From positions 152,582,001-152,646,000 of the forward strand of contig OX597815.1 in NCBI GenBank assembly GCA_951406725.2: a DNA stretch of 64,000 bases, given 5' to 3'. The notes under the pieces are model-generated. The model saw only the letters and a program-made list of their open reading frames with translations. It searched no databases and had not been told where the DNA came from. Position numbers and translations under genes: made by a program. Source of the DNA: Octopus vulgaris (lineage: Eukaryota). This document shows positions 56,101-64,000 of the stretch, in pieces. The first letter of the stretch is position 1. Each line of letters opens with the position of its first letter.

Positions 56101-59100
56101 GGAAAGCAGATATTAAAATACGATGATGATAATGATGATGATCATGATCATGGAGCTTCTACTTTATAGATCTGTGCTGAGACAATCATATTCACTGTAA
56201 TGAAAGCCACATATTTTTTAGTCAGATTATATACAATTTATATAGATATCTAGTATTGCAATGTCAGACAGTGTTTTTTGTATTGCATATACAACCTGTT
56301 AACATGATAATGAATCAGATATTATTCATTAATTGATTTACATTTGTATGTCTGAAATTTAACCTTATTTTGTCATAGCATCATCTTGTATCCTCACCAA
56401 ACAGATTTAAACTTTATTACCATCTGTGTAAATAATTCAACTGTTTTTCTTGGGCATGCAACCACTCCACTACAAAATGGTATTATTGACTTCTGTAGTC
56501 CAATAAGGTCCAGATGTTATTGTGTCCTAAAACAAAATGTGAAACATATCTGTATATTTATGGTACTATTTTGGTATATTTTATAAAGCATTATTGTGAC
56601 ATTTTGTAATTAGTTGGTCTTAATTCACATCAATGACAAATGTAGTACAACAGTGGTAATGTGAAAGGGATTACATATTCCTTGTGATGTCTGCGAAAAG
56701 GGCTCGATCTGCTGATCCTATTTTGGAAAGTTCAGTTAAAAAGGTGATCAGTGATATCAAGCTTTCACATGAAGACCCTGAAATCAAGATTTCTAATCAA
56801 GAAGATGGTCTTACTAACAAATATCTCAACGAGCAGTTGCTGTTGCTTAAACAAGAGGTCGAACACCTTAAGTCTGTTGTTGCTGAATTACAGAATAAAC
56901 AAACTGAATCCCATTCAAAGTCTCCTATTGATGCAGAGCCACCCTTGATTTCTTCCCTAAAGGCTTCCAAACTGAAGAGATCAAAATCGAAGCAGTCAAA
57001 GAAGGCAATAGAACTGGCAGTTGTTTCCACTCATGATCCTATCTGTGCAGATTCTTCCTCATCTGCCTTTTTGGTCCCGGAGGTTCCCCAACCTGAATTG
57101 AGGAGCGTACACTCAAACCCACCTGAAGTCCATTGTTCTCCCCAAAAGAAGAAACGTAGTCAAAACTCCGGTGGGGCAGATTTAGCTGCGAAACCTGCTC
57201 AAGATCAGATCTGTTTGGATTCTCCCTCATTTGTCCTTCTCATCAATGTCATTGCTCAACCAATTCTGCATGATCTTGATGTGAGTTCATCTGGGGAGTG
57301 GTGCTCCTCCAAAACAAAGAAGGGGCAGTGCAGTTCCAAACCAGGTGGTAAAGTTATGACCACTAAACCCATTTCGATCATCCCCAATGGACTACATAAG
57401 TGTGATGGCAACGAAACCGCCCTTTCTGATTTATCAGATGAAGAATCGAATGCCGTAGTTCACAGTAGAGAACAGAACGACCATTTTGCCCACTCAAGAT
57501 CAGCAATCATTTATGGTAAAGCTGAATCGACCGGTGATACAAGCATAAACCGCCTAAAAGATGACATAAATTTTGTTTCCGTTTTAGTTGGAGAATTGCA
57601 CTTTGTCAACGAAAATGTCATTATCCATAAGGTCGCTCGGCTAGGAAGATTCCAAGTGAACTCAACCTCAGACACTAGACCATGCCCAATAAGAGTAATC
57701 TTTTCTTCAGATCAGGAGGCTTCAACCTTTCTGAACAGAGTTCAGAAGCATGCCCGGGAGGATTCTATATGGGTTTTCGCAAGGAATACTCACTTTGAAG
57801 TGTGTACTGGGGCCATTTTCTCATGGTGCTAGCACTGGTCAGGTTGTCTTGCATCTCATATTATACAATTGTCATTGTTCTCTGATGTGTTTTTACAATC
57901 ATGAAGACATGTTGAGAAAGTGATAAGTTTAAGTGATAACAGAAGAATAATGTAGATGCAGGTACTGAAAGTTACAAGTAAATGAGAATAAGAACAATGG
58001 CATTAAAGAGAGGTGGAGAATGACATGACCAAACGGATGAAGCTAAGATACAATTATTTGTGAGATGGTTAATGATTCACTAACATCTTGAGAATCCAAT
58101 AATCAAAGACAGTGTTACTTAATGGAACATCAATGCTGGCTTTGGTAAAGTATGAGGCTCAATCACAAAATCTCAACAAGCGTTAGAAAGTCTACCTGTG
58201 AAATCATTTGGTCAGTGTTGCTGTGAATGTTCGTAAAAGGTAAAAGTTTTGATTAATAATTAAAGGTTTTTGTGTGAATGTGAATGTTGGTAAATTTTAC
58301 TATAAATTATAACACTTGAAATTATGAATTTCAGACATTAATCTGCAGAATACACTTGCACAGCCACATGGTGAGTATAAAACTGAAGTACCAAATTGAT
58401 TTCTATAAGTTTTCGCCTGAGGACTAGCATTGGTCAGTTTCTCTTGTGTCCCATAAAATTATACTGTTCTTACTGCTCTTAATGTGTTCTTTCATTCAAA
58501 GTGACATGTTGAGAAGTGATGACAGAGAAAGAATGAGGATGCAGGGAGTGAAAGTTGTGAGAAAATGAGGATAAGAATGGTGATTTGAAAGAGATGTGGA
58601 GAATGACAAAACTGAGTGACTGTCAGTTGTGAGCCAACAGAGATGATTATTGATGTATTAACATCTAGGGAAACTGATAATTAACCCTTTAGTGTTCACA
58701 TTATTCTGCCAAAATTAATGCTTTTTCATCCTCTTTGTTTTGAACTAATCATGCATTATCTTGTAGTTATGAGATTTTGATGAGGTAGCTGTTAATTTTT
58801 AAAATGATATTGTAGGGTTGGTGTGAGAGACCAGATCTGGCCAGTTTGAACATAAAACAGGCAGAATACTTTTGGCTGGATATGGCCGGTTTAAATGCTA
58901 AAGGGTTAAAGTAAAAAGTAGTAGTTGCGTATCTTTTCCTTTTGAACGGCACTTTGTAATTAAAAAGTTTTAAACTTTGTATACTGGTAGAATGTGTTTG
59001 TAAAACATCTTTTTCTCTTGGCTTTATTGAGAAAATTGTATAGGTTGTAAGATATTTTGTCTTTAATTTCAAGCATTTTGGCAATTTTAACTAATCGCTG

Positions 59101-61976
59101 AGGCCCATTTAGGTAAATAACATTTTGTGCATAATGAATATGTCCCTCCTATAAGAAACAGATTGCTTATATTTACATTTGTGAAGAAAACAAGATACCC
59201 TTCCCCAAACCCTAACCCTAACCCTAACTAACCCTAACTCTAATCCTAAATCTAAAATAGACTGAAATGCAATAGATCGATACTAGGTCCATAATTATGG
59301 GTGACATTTTCATTTGACACCGCTAGAAAAAAATCCCATTTCCATAGCGGTGTCATATGAAATTGTCACCCATAATTATAACCCTAGTATTGATCTATTG
59401 CATTTCAATCTATTTAGGGTTAGAGTTAGGGTTGGTCAGGGTTAGGGTTATGGGTGGGGGAAGGGTATCTTATTTTCTTCACAAATGTAAATAAATCCAA
59501 TCTGTTTCTTAAAGGAGGGACATATTCATTATGTACAGAATGTTATTTACCTAAATGGACGTCAGCCATTGGTTAAAGTTGCCAAAATGCTCGAAATTAA
59601 AGACGAAATATCTTACAACATATAGAATTTTCTCAATAAAAACAAGAGAAAAATGATGTTTTACAAACACTTTCTACCAGTATACGAAGTTGAAAACTTT
59701 TTAGTTACCTAGATATTATGTCACAAAGTGCCGTTCAAAAGGAAGAGATCCGTAGTAGCTGCTACAACTACTACCACTGCTACTATCAGAAATAACTACT
59801 ACTACTACTGCTACAATTAGAAACATAAGTTGACAGTGACATCGAGATGTTTTTCTCTGTGTCTGAATCATACCGGTGACACCAATGAAAAATCCCTTTC
59901 TTTTTTTCTTTTGTTGCGAAAAAAGAGAATTTACAGTAAAAACAAACCTTCAGCTCTCCCTCCAGCATAAAAATTACTTTAACAAAATATTTTAATAGGG
60001 CAAAACGTGCGAAAAAATTAAATTAAATTAACGAAAGACAAATACATGAGCCTTCTCGCACATAAACACATTTATTCACATATATACAAACACATAAGCA
60101 GACGCAAATATTGAAGTACTAAATAGTAAAACAAATATTTAACCATGTAGAGCATTTTGCATGCATATTAATATTCTAAAGTTGGACCTACTATTCCTTA
60201 TCCTAAAGCTACTAACAGATAAAGAAGAAAAGTTTTTGATTCATTTCACCGTCTATAGAAGATTGGTTTTGTCAACCATCTATCATGTCGTCCGAGCCTG
60301 GCTCAGCTACCTACAAATCGAAACTGAGATCTGCGAAAAGGGCTCGATCTGCTGATCCTATTTTGGAAAATTCAGTTAAAAAGGCGATCAGCTTTCACAT
60401 GAAGACCCTGAAATCAAGATTTCTCATCAAGAAGATGGTCTTACTAACAAATATCTCGACGAGCAGTTGCTGTTGCTTAAACAAGAGGTCGAACACCTTA
60501 AGTCTGTTGTTGCTGAATTACAGAATAAACAAACTGAATCCCATTCAAAGTCTCCTATTGATGCAGAACCACCCTTGATTTCTTCCCTAAAGACTTCCAA
60601 ACTGAAGAGATCAAAATCGAAGCGGTCAAAGAAGGCAAAAGATCTGGCAGTCGTTTCCACTCATGATCCTATCTGTGCGGATTCTTCCTCATCTGCCTTT
60701 TTGGTCCCGGAGGTTCCCCAACCTGAATTGAGGAGCGTACACACAAACCCACCTGAAGTCCATTGTTCTCCCCAAAAGAAGAAACGTAGTCAATACTCCG
60801 GTGGGGCAGATTTAGATGTGAAACCTGCTCAAGATCAAATCTGTTTGGATTCTCCCTCATTTGTCCTTCTCATCAATGCCATTGCTCAACCAATTCTGCA
60901 TGATCTTGATGTGAGTTCATCTGGGGAGTGGTGCTCCTCTAAAACAAAGAAGAGGCAGTGCAGTTCCAAACCAGGTGGTAAAGTTATGACCACTAAACCC
61001 CTTTCGATCAACCCCAACGGCCTACATAAGTGTGATGGCAACGAAACCGCCCTTTCTAATTTATCAGATGAAGAATCGAATGCCGTAGTTCACAGTAGAG
61101 AACAGAACGACCATTTTGCCCACTCAAGATCAGCAATCATTTATGGTAACGCTGAATCCACCGGTGATACAAGCATAAACCGCCTAAAAGATGACATAAA
61201 TTTTGTTTCCGTTTTAGTTGGAGAATTGCACTTTCTCAACGAAAATATCATTATCCGTAAGGTCGCTCGGCTAGGAAGATTCCAAGTGAACTCAACCTCA
61301 GACACTAGACCACGCCCAATAAGAGTAATCTTTTCTTCCGATCAGGAGGCTTCCACCTTTCTGAACAGTTCAGAAGCATGCCTGGGAGGACCTCTATATG
61401 GGTTTTCGCAAGGAATACTCACTTTGAAGTGTGTACTGGGGCCATTTTCTCATAGTGCTAGCACTGGTCAGGTTGTCTTGCATCTCATATTATACAATTC
61501 TCATTGTTCTCTGATGTGTTTTTACAATCATGAAGACATGTTGAAAAGTGAGATGTTTAAGTGATAACAGAAGAATTATGTGGATGCAGGTACTGAAAGT
61601 TACAAGAAAATGAGGATAAGAACAATGACATTAAAGAGAGGTGGAGAATGACATGACCGAATGGATGAAGCTAAGATACAATTATCTGTGTGATGGTTAA
61701 TCCAATAATCAAAGACAGTGTTACTTAATGGAACATCAATGCTGGCTTTGGTAAAGTATGAGGCTCAATCACAAAATCTCAACAACACTTAGAATGTGTA
61801 CTTGTGAAATCATTTGGTCAGTGTTGCTGTGGATGTTTGTAAAAGGTAAAAGTTTATATTAATAATTATAGCTCTTTGTGTGAATGTGAATGTTGGTAAA
61901 TTATATTATAATTTATAACACTTGAAATTATGTATTTCAGGCTTACAAAGGCAGGTTACAAATGAAGAGCCAGCAT
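2790..61976 (+). CDS. Adhesion GPCR gene (HormR-GAIN/GPS-7TM, ADGRG-like), multi-exon, 5'-incomplete; tail extended by duplicated microexons; stop codon not located
   Basis: 13 core exons (2790-38266) join in frame via GT-AG sites with matching phases. They encode the HormR motif (C..WP.T..G....PC....ATRYC...W..P..SQC), GAIN, GPS (CAYWD...WSTNGC...CSCNHLTSF) and 7 hydrophobic helices. Five homologous 36-nt exons follow in frame. Confidence 0.9.
4110..4420 (+). mobile_element. SINE fragment with internal (CA)n
   Basis: Homologous to copies at 19690-20020 (opposite strand) and 33100-33460 (same strand): caaatccactcacaaggctttggtcggcc core. Confidence 0.6.
5853..6022 (+). CDS. aGPCR exon: HormR C-half (SYST...[26 protein letters not shown]...)
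   Basis: Acceptor tttttcag, donor gtaagt; phase 2/1; G.W..P.MSQC motif. Confidence 0.88.
6750..8270 (-). mobile_element. Degenerate Penelope-like retroelement RT
   Basis: [12 protein letters not shown] (cf. IKPADKG..VV), G.VIGT..GQNYINL.VGYVE (cf. G.AMG..AP.YA.LFM..E) and YIND (cf. YIDD); many frameshifts. Confidence 0.7.
9605..9836 (+). CDS. aGPCR exon: GAIN subdomain A helices ([10 protein letters not shown]...EQASRSVTR)
   Basis: Acceptor ccattgcag, donor gtaata; phase 1/2; matches ORF 9523-9840. Confidence 0.88.
9853..9990. repeat. Compound trinucleotide microsatellite (TTG/TAG/GAA/GAC/CAA)
   Basis: Direct reading. Confidence 0.9.
10167..10338 (+). CDS. aGPCR exon: GAIN ([12 protein letters not shown]...PETKAKTL)
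   Basis: Acceptor ttcctatag, donor gtacaa; phase 2/0. Confidence 0.85.
10407..11642 (-). mobile_element. Mariner-type DNA transposon, defective, with long (~165 bp) TIRs
   Basis: gagggtgaactgaaaagttc ... aaaccttttagccaccctc; internal taaactgacatctgactgtt mirrored; minus-strand [25 protein letters not shown]. Confidence 0.85.
11816..13750. mobile_element. Foldback element with ~430-bp inverted arms and very AT-rich core (probably decayed Penelope-like)
   Basis: 11816-12245 is the reverse complement of 13302-13750 (e.g. taggcaactcaaacagtgatagacataaacc / ggtttatgtctatcactgtttgagttgccta). Confidence 0.8.
14982..15200 (+). mobile_element. tRNA-related SINE (aggcaggGagctggcagaaacgttagc family)
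   Basis: Homologous to tandem copies at 18601-19000 and to a reverse fragment at 27095-27218. Confidence 0.7.
15280..15423 (+). CDS. aGPCR exon: GAIN (IYNSS...ISLPRSLF...[14 protein letters not shown])
   Basis: Acceptor ctttgtcag, donor gtatgg; phase 0/0; I.LP.SLF and F.....KL[FY] GAIN motifs. Confidence 0.88.
15636..15930. repeat. Degenerate (TG)n/(TGCA) microsatellite
   Basis: Direct reading; source of spurious C/V/H/T-rich ORFs. Confidence 0.9.
17000..18050 (+). mobile_element. Tc1-family transposase remnant
   Basis: MPKATKL...ILAL...[11 protein letters not shown] start; FQEDNAPIH and [15 protein letters not shown] (DD34E) in ORF 17574-17876. Confidence 0.85.
18319..18447 (+). CDS. aGPCR exon: GAIN (VIQT...[24 protein letters not shown])
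   Basis: Acceptor ctttacag, donor gtaacg; phase 0/0; S.IISA...I.NL.EPV motif. Confidence 0.9.
18601..19000 (+). mobile_element. Two tandem SINE copies
   Basis: aaggcag..agctggcagaaacattagca starts at 18601 and 18802. Confidence 0.7.
19690..20025 (-). mobile_element. SINE copy
   Basis: Reverse-orientation homologue of 33100-33460. Confidence 0.7.
20228..20365 (+). CDS. aGPCR exon: GPS motif (NQQCAYWDE...WSTNGC...[13 protein letters not shown])
   Basis: Canonical GPS with H-L/T cleavage triad; acceptor ttttcag; in-frame donor gttggt (see finding on the competing donor). Confidence 0.9.
21746..22604 (-). mobile_element. Mariner transposon, internally deleted
   Basis: TIRs tcaggttga.taaaa / ttttattcaacctga with TA flanks; [33 protein letters not shown]. 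Confidence 0.9.
22811..22908 (+). CDS. aGPCR exon: TM1 ([33 protein letters not shown])
   Basis: Acceptor ctgtttcag, donor gtaagc; phase 0/2; LS.I.C.IS TM1 motif. Confidence 0.87.
23632..23825 (+). mobile_element. 3' end of an RLE-type non-LTR retrotransposon
   Basis: [11 protein letters not shown]...L.KLGF...LI motif; same family as 34090-34860. Confidence 0.55.
24000..24291 (+). mobile_element. CR1/L2-like LINE ORF2 3' fragment
   Basis: T.GH.YK.........[19 protein letters not shown]......FK motif. Confidence 0.75.
24292..24862. mobile_element. Head-to-head palindromic pair of a tRNA-headed repeat with hammerhead-like motif; 13-bp flanking direct repeat
   Basis: Centre gcccatgggc (24581-24590); A/B-box-like tRNA heads; actacacctgata at 24279-24291 and 24863-24875. 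Confidence 0.75.
24885..26320 (-). mobile_element. Probable LINE 5' end/ORF1 remnant
   Basis: GC-richer block with broken coding-like minus-strand ORFs (25666-26001, 24885-25226); no exon signals; family not certain. Confidence 0.4.
27263..27386 (+). CDS. aGPCR exon: TM2 ([28 protein letters not shown]...AACK)
   Basis: Acceptor ttattcag, donor gtaagt; phase 2/0. Confidence 0.88.
27513..27734. mobile_element. piggyBac-type MITE
   Basis: TTAA-CCC...GGG-TTAA termini. Confidence 0.75.
28850..29015 (+). mobile_element. APE-endonuclease N-terminal fragment of a LINE (L1/Tx1-like)
   Basis: INACGL.......LL..L..LGLDV.AISET (cf. N..GL...DI..LQET). Confidence 0.5.
29608..29746 (+). CDS. aGPCR exon: TM3-TM4 start ([17 protein letters not shown]...ILAWG)
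   Basis: LLHY...WM and WG motifs; acceptor ttcaag, donor gtaggt; phase 0/1. Confidence 0.88.
30221..32205 (+). mobile_element. hAT (Charlie/ZBED-like) transposon, degenerate
   Basis: Termini cagtggttccaaa / tttggcaatcactg; [27 protein letters not shown] and PTSY.VEQ.FS remnants; TSD not recognisable. Confidence 0.75.
32784..32847 (+). CDS. aGPCR exon: TM4-ECL2 ([22 protein letters not shown])
   Basis: Acceptor ttgtcag, donor gtaagt; phase 1/2; completes WGLP. Confidence 0.85.
33100..33460 (+). mobile_element. SINE copy
   Basis: tttacttgtttcagtcatttgactg...caaatccactcacaaggctttggtcggcc...gggactgaacc. Confidence 0.75.
33784..33990. repeat. (ATGT)n/(ATGC)n compound tetranucleotide microsatellite
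   Basis: Direct reading. Confidence 0.95.
34090..34860 (-). mobile_element. RLE-type (R2/R4/NeSL-like) non-LTR retrotransposon 3' fragment
   Basis: AIQEQ, CRLC...[10 protein letters not shown] (CCHC), HDIV...IY, WWN.P...[16 protein letters not shown]. Confidence 0.8.
35150..35290. repeat. (ATGT)n/(ACGT)n microsatellite
   Basis: Direct reading. Confidence 0.9.
36908..37062. repeat. (GGAT)n microsatellite
   Basis: Direct reading. Confidence 0.9.
37247..37575 (+). CDS. aGPCR exon: ECL2-TM5-TM6-TM7 (CWLS...FLAPV...LSWLFAF...[13 protein letters not shown]...)
   Basis: CWL motif and N.LQ..FIF TM7 motif; acceptor ttgtag, donor gtaagt; phase 2/1. Confidence 0.9.
38201..38266 (+). CDS. aGPCR cytoplasmic-tail exon, 66 nt ([23 protein letters not shown])
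   Basis: Acceptor gattttcag, donor gtgagt; phase 1/1, in frame with the TM7 exon; flanks homologous to the downstream cassettes. Confidence 0.75.
38998..44190 (-). mobile_element. Ty3/Gypsy LTR retrotransposon, non-autonomous (gag mostly deleted; PR-RT-RH-IN frameshifted)
   Basis: LTRs 38998-39476 and 43692-44190 (TG...CA); 4-bp TSD AACA; PPT 39477-39488; PBS tggttacccc; [10 protein letters not shown] protease, DYRSLN/FSKIDL RT, DAS RNaseH, integrase TDRG.QF/YHP..NG.VERFH and GPY. Confidence 0.95.
45088..45123 (+). CDS. Tail microexon type A ([12 protein letters not shown]), weaker splice sites
   Basis: 36 nt at the position homologous to exon 38201; acceptor atttaag, donor gtgaga. Confidence 0.55.
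46140..46950. mobile_element. Palindromic foldback MITE with internal (CCCTAA)n/(TTAGGG)n; 8-bp TSD gtagttgc
   Basis: ~400-bp inverted arms g.atcttttcc...ggaaaagatcc; gtagttgc at 46132-46139 and 46951-46958. Confidence 0.85.
47625..48780 (+). pseudogene. LINE ORF1-like fragment (coiled coil + RRM-like), copy 1, frameshifted
   Basis: [16 protein letters not shown] coil; AIIYG..ES...D...V ... V.RLG......PRPIRV.F (CR1/L2-type ORF1 pattern); no ORF2 follows. Confidence 0.65.
49315..49350 (+). CDS. Tail microexon type B ([12 protein letters not shown])
   Basis: 36 nt; aatttcag / gtgagt; phase 1/1. Confidence 0.65.
51998..52033 (+). CDS. Tail microexon type A' ([12 protein letters not shown])
   Basis: 36 nt; atttcag / gtgagt; phase 1/1. 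Confidence 0.65.
   Translation, partial: AYKGRIHMKSQ
53049..53872. mobile_element. Foldback MITE copy 2
   Basis: Same arms and same flanks. Confidence 0.85.
54549..55702 (+). pseudogene. LINE ORF1-like fragment copy 2 (one frameshift near 55220)
   Basis: ORFs 54459-55262 and 55202-55702. Confidence 0.65.
56690..57832 (+). pseudogene. LINE ORF1-like fragment copy 3 (open for ~380 codons, 5'-truncated)
   Basis: ORF 56684-57832. Confidence 0.65.
58335..58370 (+). CDS. Tail microexon type B, second copy (identical to 49315-49350)
   Basis: 36 nt; aatttcag / gtgagt. Confidence 0.65.
58685..58905. mobile_element. piggyBac-type MITE, unique to this array unit
   Basis: TTAA-ccctttag...ctaaaggg-TTAA; absent from the paralogous site near 49661. 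Confidence 0.85.
58929..59751. mobile_element. Foldback MITE copy 3
   Basis: Same arms and same flanks. Confidence 0.85.
60285..61420 (+). pseudogene. LINE ORF1-like fragment copy 4 (small deletions)
   Basis: ORFs 60285-60578 and 60467-61564. Confidence 0.65.
61941..61976 (+). CDS. Tail microexon type A, second copy (exon identical to 45088-45123)
   Basis: 36 nt; atttcag / gtgagt. Confidence 0.65.
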
Positions 61977-62980
61977 GTGAGTATAAAACTGAAGTACCAA
62001 ATTGATTTCTATAAGTTTTCACTTGAGCACTAGCATTGGTCAGTTTTTCTTGTGTCCCATAAAATTAGACTATTCTTACTGCTCTTATGATGTGTTTTTT
62101 CATTCTAGGTGACAAGTTGAGAAGTGATGACAGAGAAAGAATGAGGATGCAGGGAGTGAAAGTTGTGAGAAAATGATGATAAGAATGGTGATTTGAAAGA
62201 AAGGTGGAGAATGACAAGACTGACTGACAGTTGTGAGCCAACAGAGATGATTAATGATGTTATTAACATCTTGGGAGTGTGATAATTAAAGTCAAAAGTA
62301 CTTATAAGAACATCATTCTCAGCTTTCTAATGTAGGAAATTCAATAACAAATCTCAACTAGAAATGTTTATAAGTGGTAAAAATTGTTAAAGATAATTTC
62401 CTTTGTTTACAAAATCGTTCTCCAGAATTTCTTCTTGATTTATCATCTTATGGAGATGTCAGATTTTTACAGTAGTCTGATGTGTGGAGTTTCTTCCCAG
62501 AATGTCTCAGGTTTACAAGGGCATTATAGTATTATAATATGTATTATAGTCTATATATATATCTCACTGAATGTTCAAAAACAAATGTTTTTTATTGCAA
62601 AAACACAACTGTTTTCACTAACTAGACATACAAATAAACATCTCTATAAAAGTTAGCTTCAATCTCCACAATTTTACCTTTATTTTCTTCTTGACTACCC
62701 GAAATATGCAAACATACTTTTTATTGGAATACCAGAAACATACTTTTTATTGGAATACACGGAGAAAAAGAAGGAAATAAAAATAGATGATACTAATAAT
62801 AGATTCTCTATCATCGAACACAACTCTATTCACAAACACAGATCAAAGTCGGCCCTTCGTTGATTTTTTTCTCAAAGTCATGGTCACTATTTGCATGTTC
62901 CAACAACAATATAGTAGACATTTGAACTCTTTTTGACCGATCAGACTCCATCATACTTTTAAAAAAAAAGTAGTAGTTGC

Positions 62981-63799
62981 GTATCTTTTCCTTTTGAACG
63001 GCACTTTGTAATTAAAAAGTTTTAAACTTTGTATACTGGTAGAATGTGTTTGTAAAACATCTTTTTCTCTTGGCTTTATTGAGAAAATTGTATAGGTTGT
63101 AAGATATTTTGTCTTTAATTTCAAGCATTTTGGCAATTTTAACCAATCGCTGAGGCCCATTTAGGTAAGTAACATTCTGTGCATAATGAATATGTCCCTC
63201 CTATGAGAAACAGATTGCATATATTTACATTTGTGAAGAAAACAAGATACCCTTCCCCAACCCCTAACCCTAACTAACCCTAACTCTAATCCTAAATCTA
63301 AAATAGACTGAAATGCAATAGATTGATACTAGGTCCATAATTATGGATGACATTTTCATTTGACACTGCTAGAAAAAAAATCCCATTTTCCATAGCGGTG
63401 TCGTATGAAATTGTCACCCATAATTATAACCCTAGTATTGATCTATTGCATTTCAATCTATTTAGGGTTAGAGTTAGGGTTGGTCAGGTTTAGGGTTATG
63501 GGTGGGGGAAGGGTATCTTATTTTCTTCACAAATGTAAATAAATCCAATCTGTTTCTTAAAGGGGGGACATATTCATTATGTACAGAATGTTATTTACCT
63601 AAATGGACGTCAGCCATTGGTTAAAGTTGCCAAAATGCTCGAAATTAAAGACGAAATATCTTACAACATATAGAATTTTCTCAATAAAAACAAGAGAAAA
63701 ATGATGTTTTACAAACACATTCTACCAGTATACGAAGTTGATAACTTTTTAGTTACCTAGATATTATGTCACAAAGTGCCGTTCAAAAGGAAGAGATCC
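62981..63799. mobile_element. Foldback MITE copy 4
   Basis: Same arms and same flanks. Confidence 0.85.
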
Positions 63800-64000
63800 G
63801 TAGTAGCTGCTACAACTACTACCACTGCTACTATCAGAAATAACTACTACTACTACTGCTACAATTAGAAACATAAGTTGACAGTGACATCGAGATGTTT
63901 TTCCCTGTGTCTGAATCATACTGGTGACACCAATGAAAAATCCCTTTCTTTTTTTCTTTTGTTGGGAGAAAAGAGAATTTACAGTAACAACAAACCTTCA

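Larger units (their letters stand above)
44195..64000 (+). repeat. Complex tandem segmental array (microexon cassette + foldback MITE + LINE ORF1 fragment + spacer), continuing past the window end
   Basis: Multi-kb high-identity blocks recur, e.g. 44.2-48.8 kb with 51.1-55.7 kb, 47.7-49.7 kb with 56.7-58.7 kb, 49991-50966 with 55711-56689. Confidence 0.95.

Noticed and set aside
44195-64000. CRISPR-like or prokaryotic repeat system
   Set aside because: Units are kb-scale segmental duplications in intron-rich eukaryotic DNA; no cas genes or short repeat-spacer structure.

Overview
AT-rich, microsatellite- and transposon-dense animal DNA; the SINE/MITE families look like those of coleoid cephalopods (Octopus-like), which is my inference. 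The window is spanned by one + strand multi-exon adhesion GPCR gene (HormR - GAIN/GPS - 7TM; ADGRG/GPR126/GPR112-like architecture). I assembled it by hand: 13 GT-AG exons with compatible phases from 2790 to 38266 (1920 nt); the 5' end lies upstream of the window. Its introns hold decayed RTE, Penelope-like, RLE-type and CR1/L2-like retroelements, mariner, Tc1, hAT and piggyBac-type elements, SINEs and a Ty3/Gypsy LTR element with both LTRs (38998-44190). From about 44.2 kb to the end is a complex tandem array built from a ~1.2-kb intron-exon-intron cassette, a telomere-repeat-bearing foldback MITE and a LINE ORF1 fragment. Each cassette carries a 36-nt phase-1/phase-1 microexon (5 copies seen) that extends the receptor's cytoplasmic tail in frame. 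The exons diverge faster than their flanking introns and encode or create kinase/SH2-type motifs, some only at particular exon junctions. Secondary highlights are palindromic tRNA-headed and Penelope-like elements with hammerhead-ribozyme-like cores.
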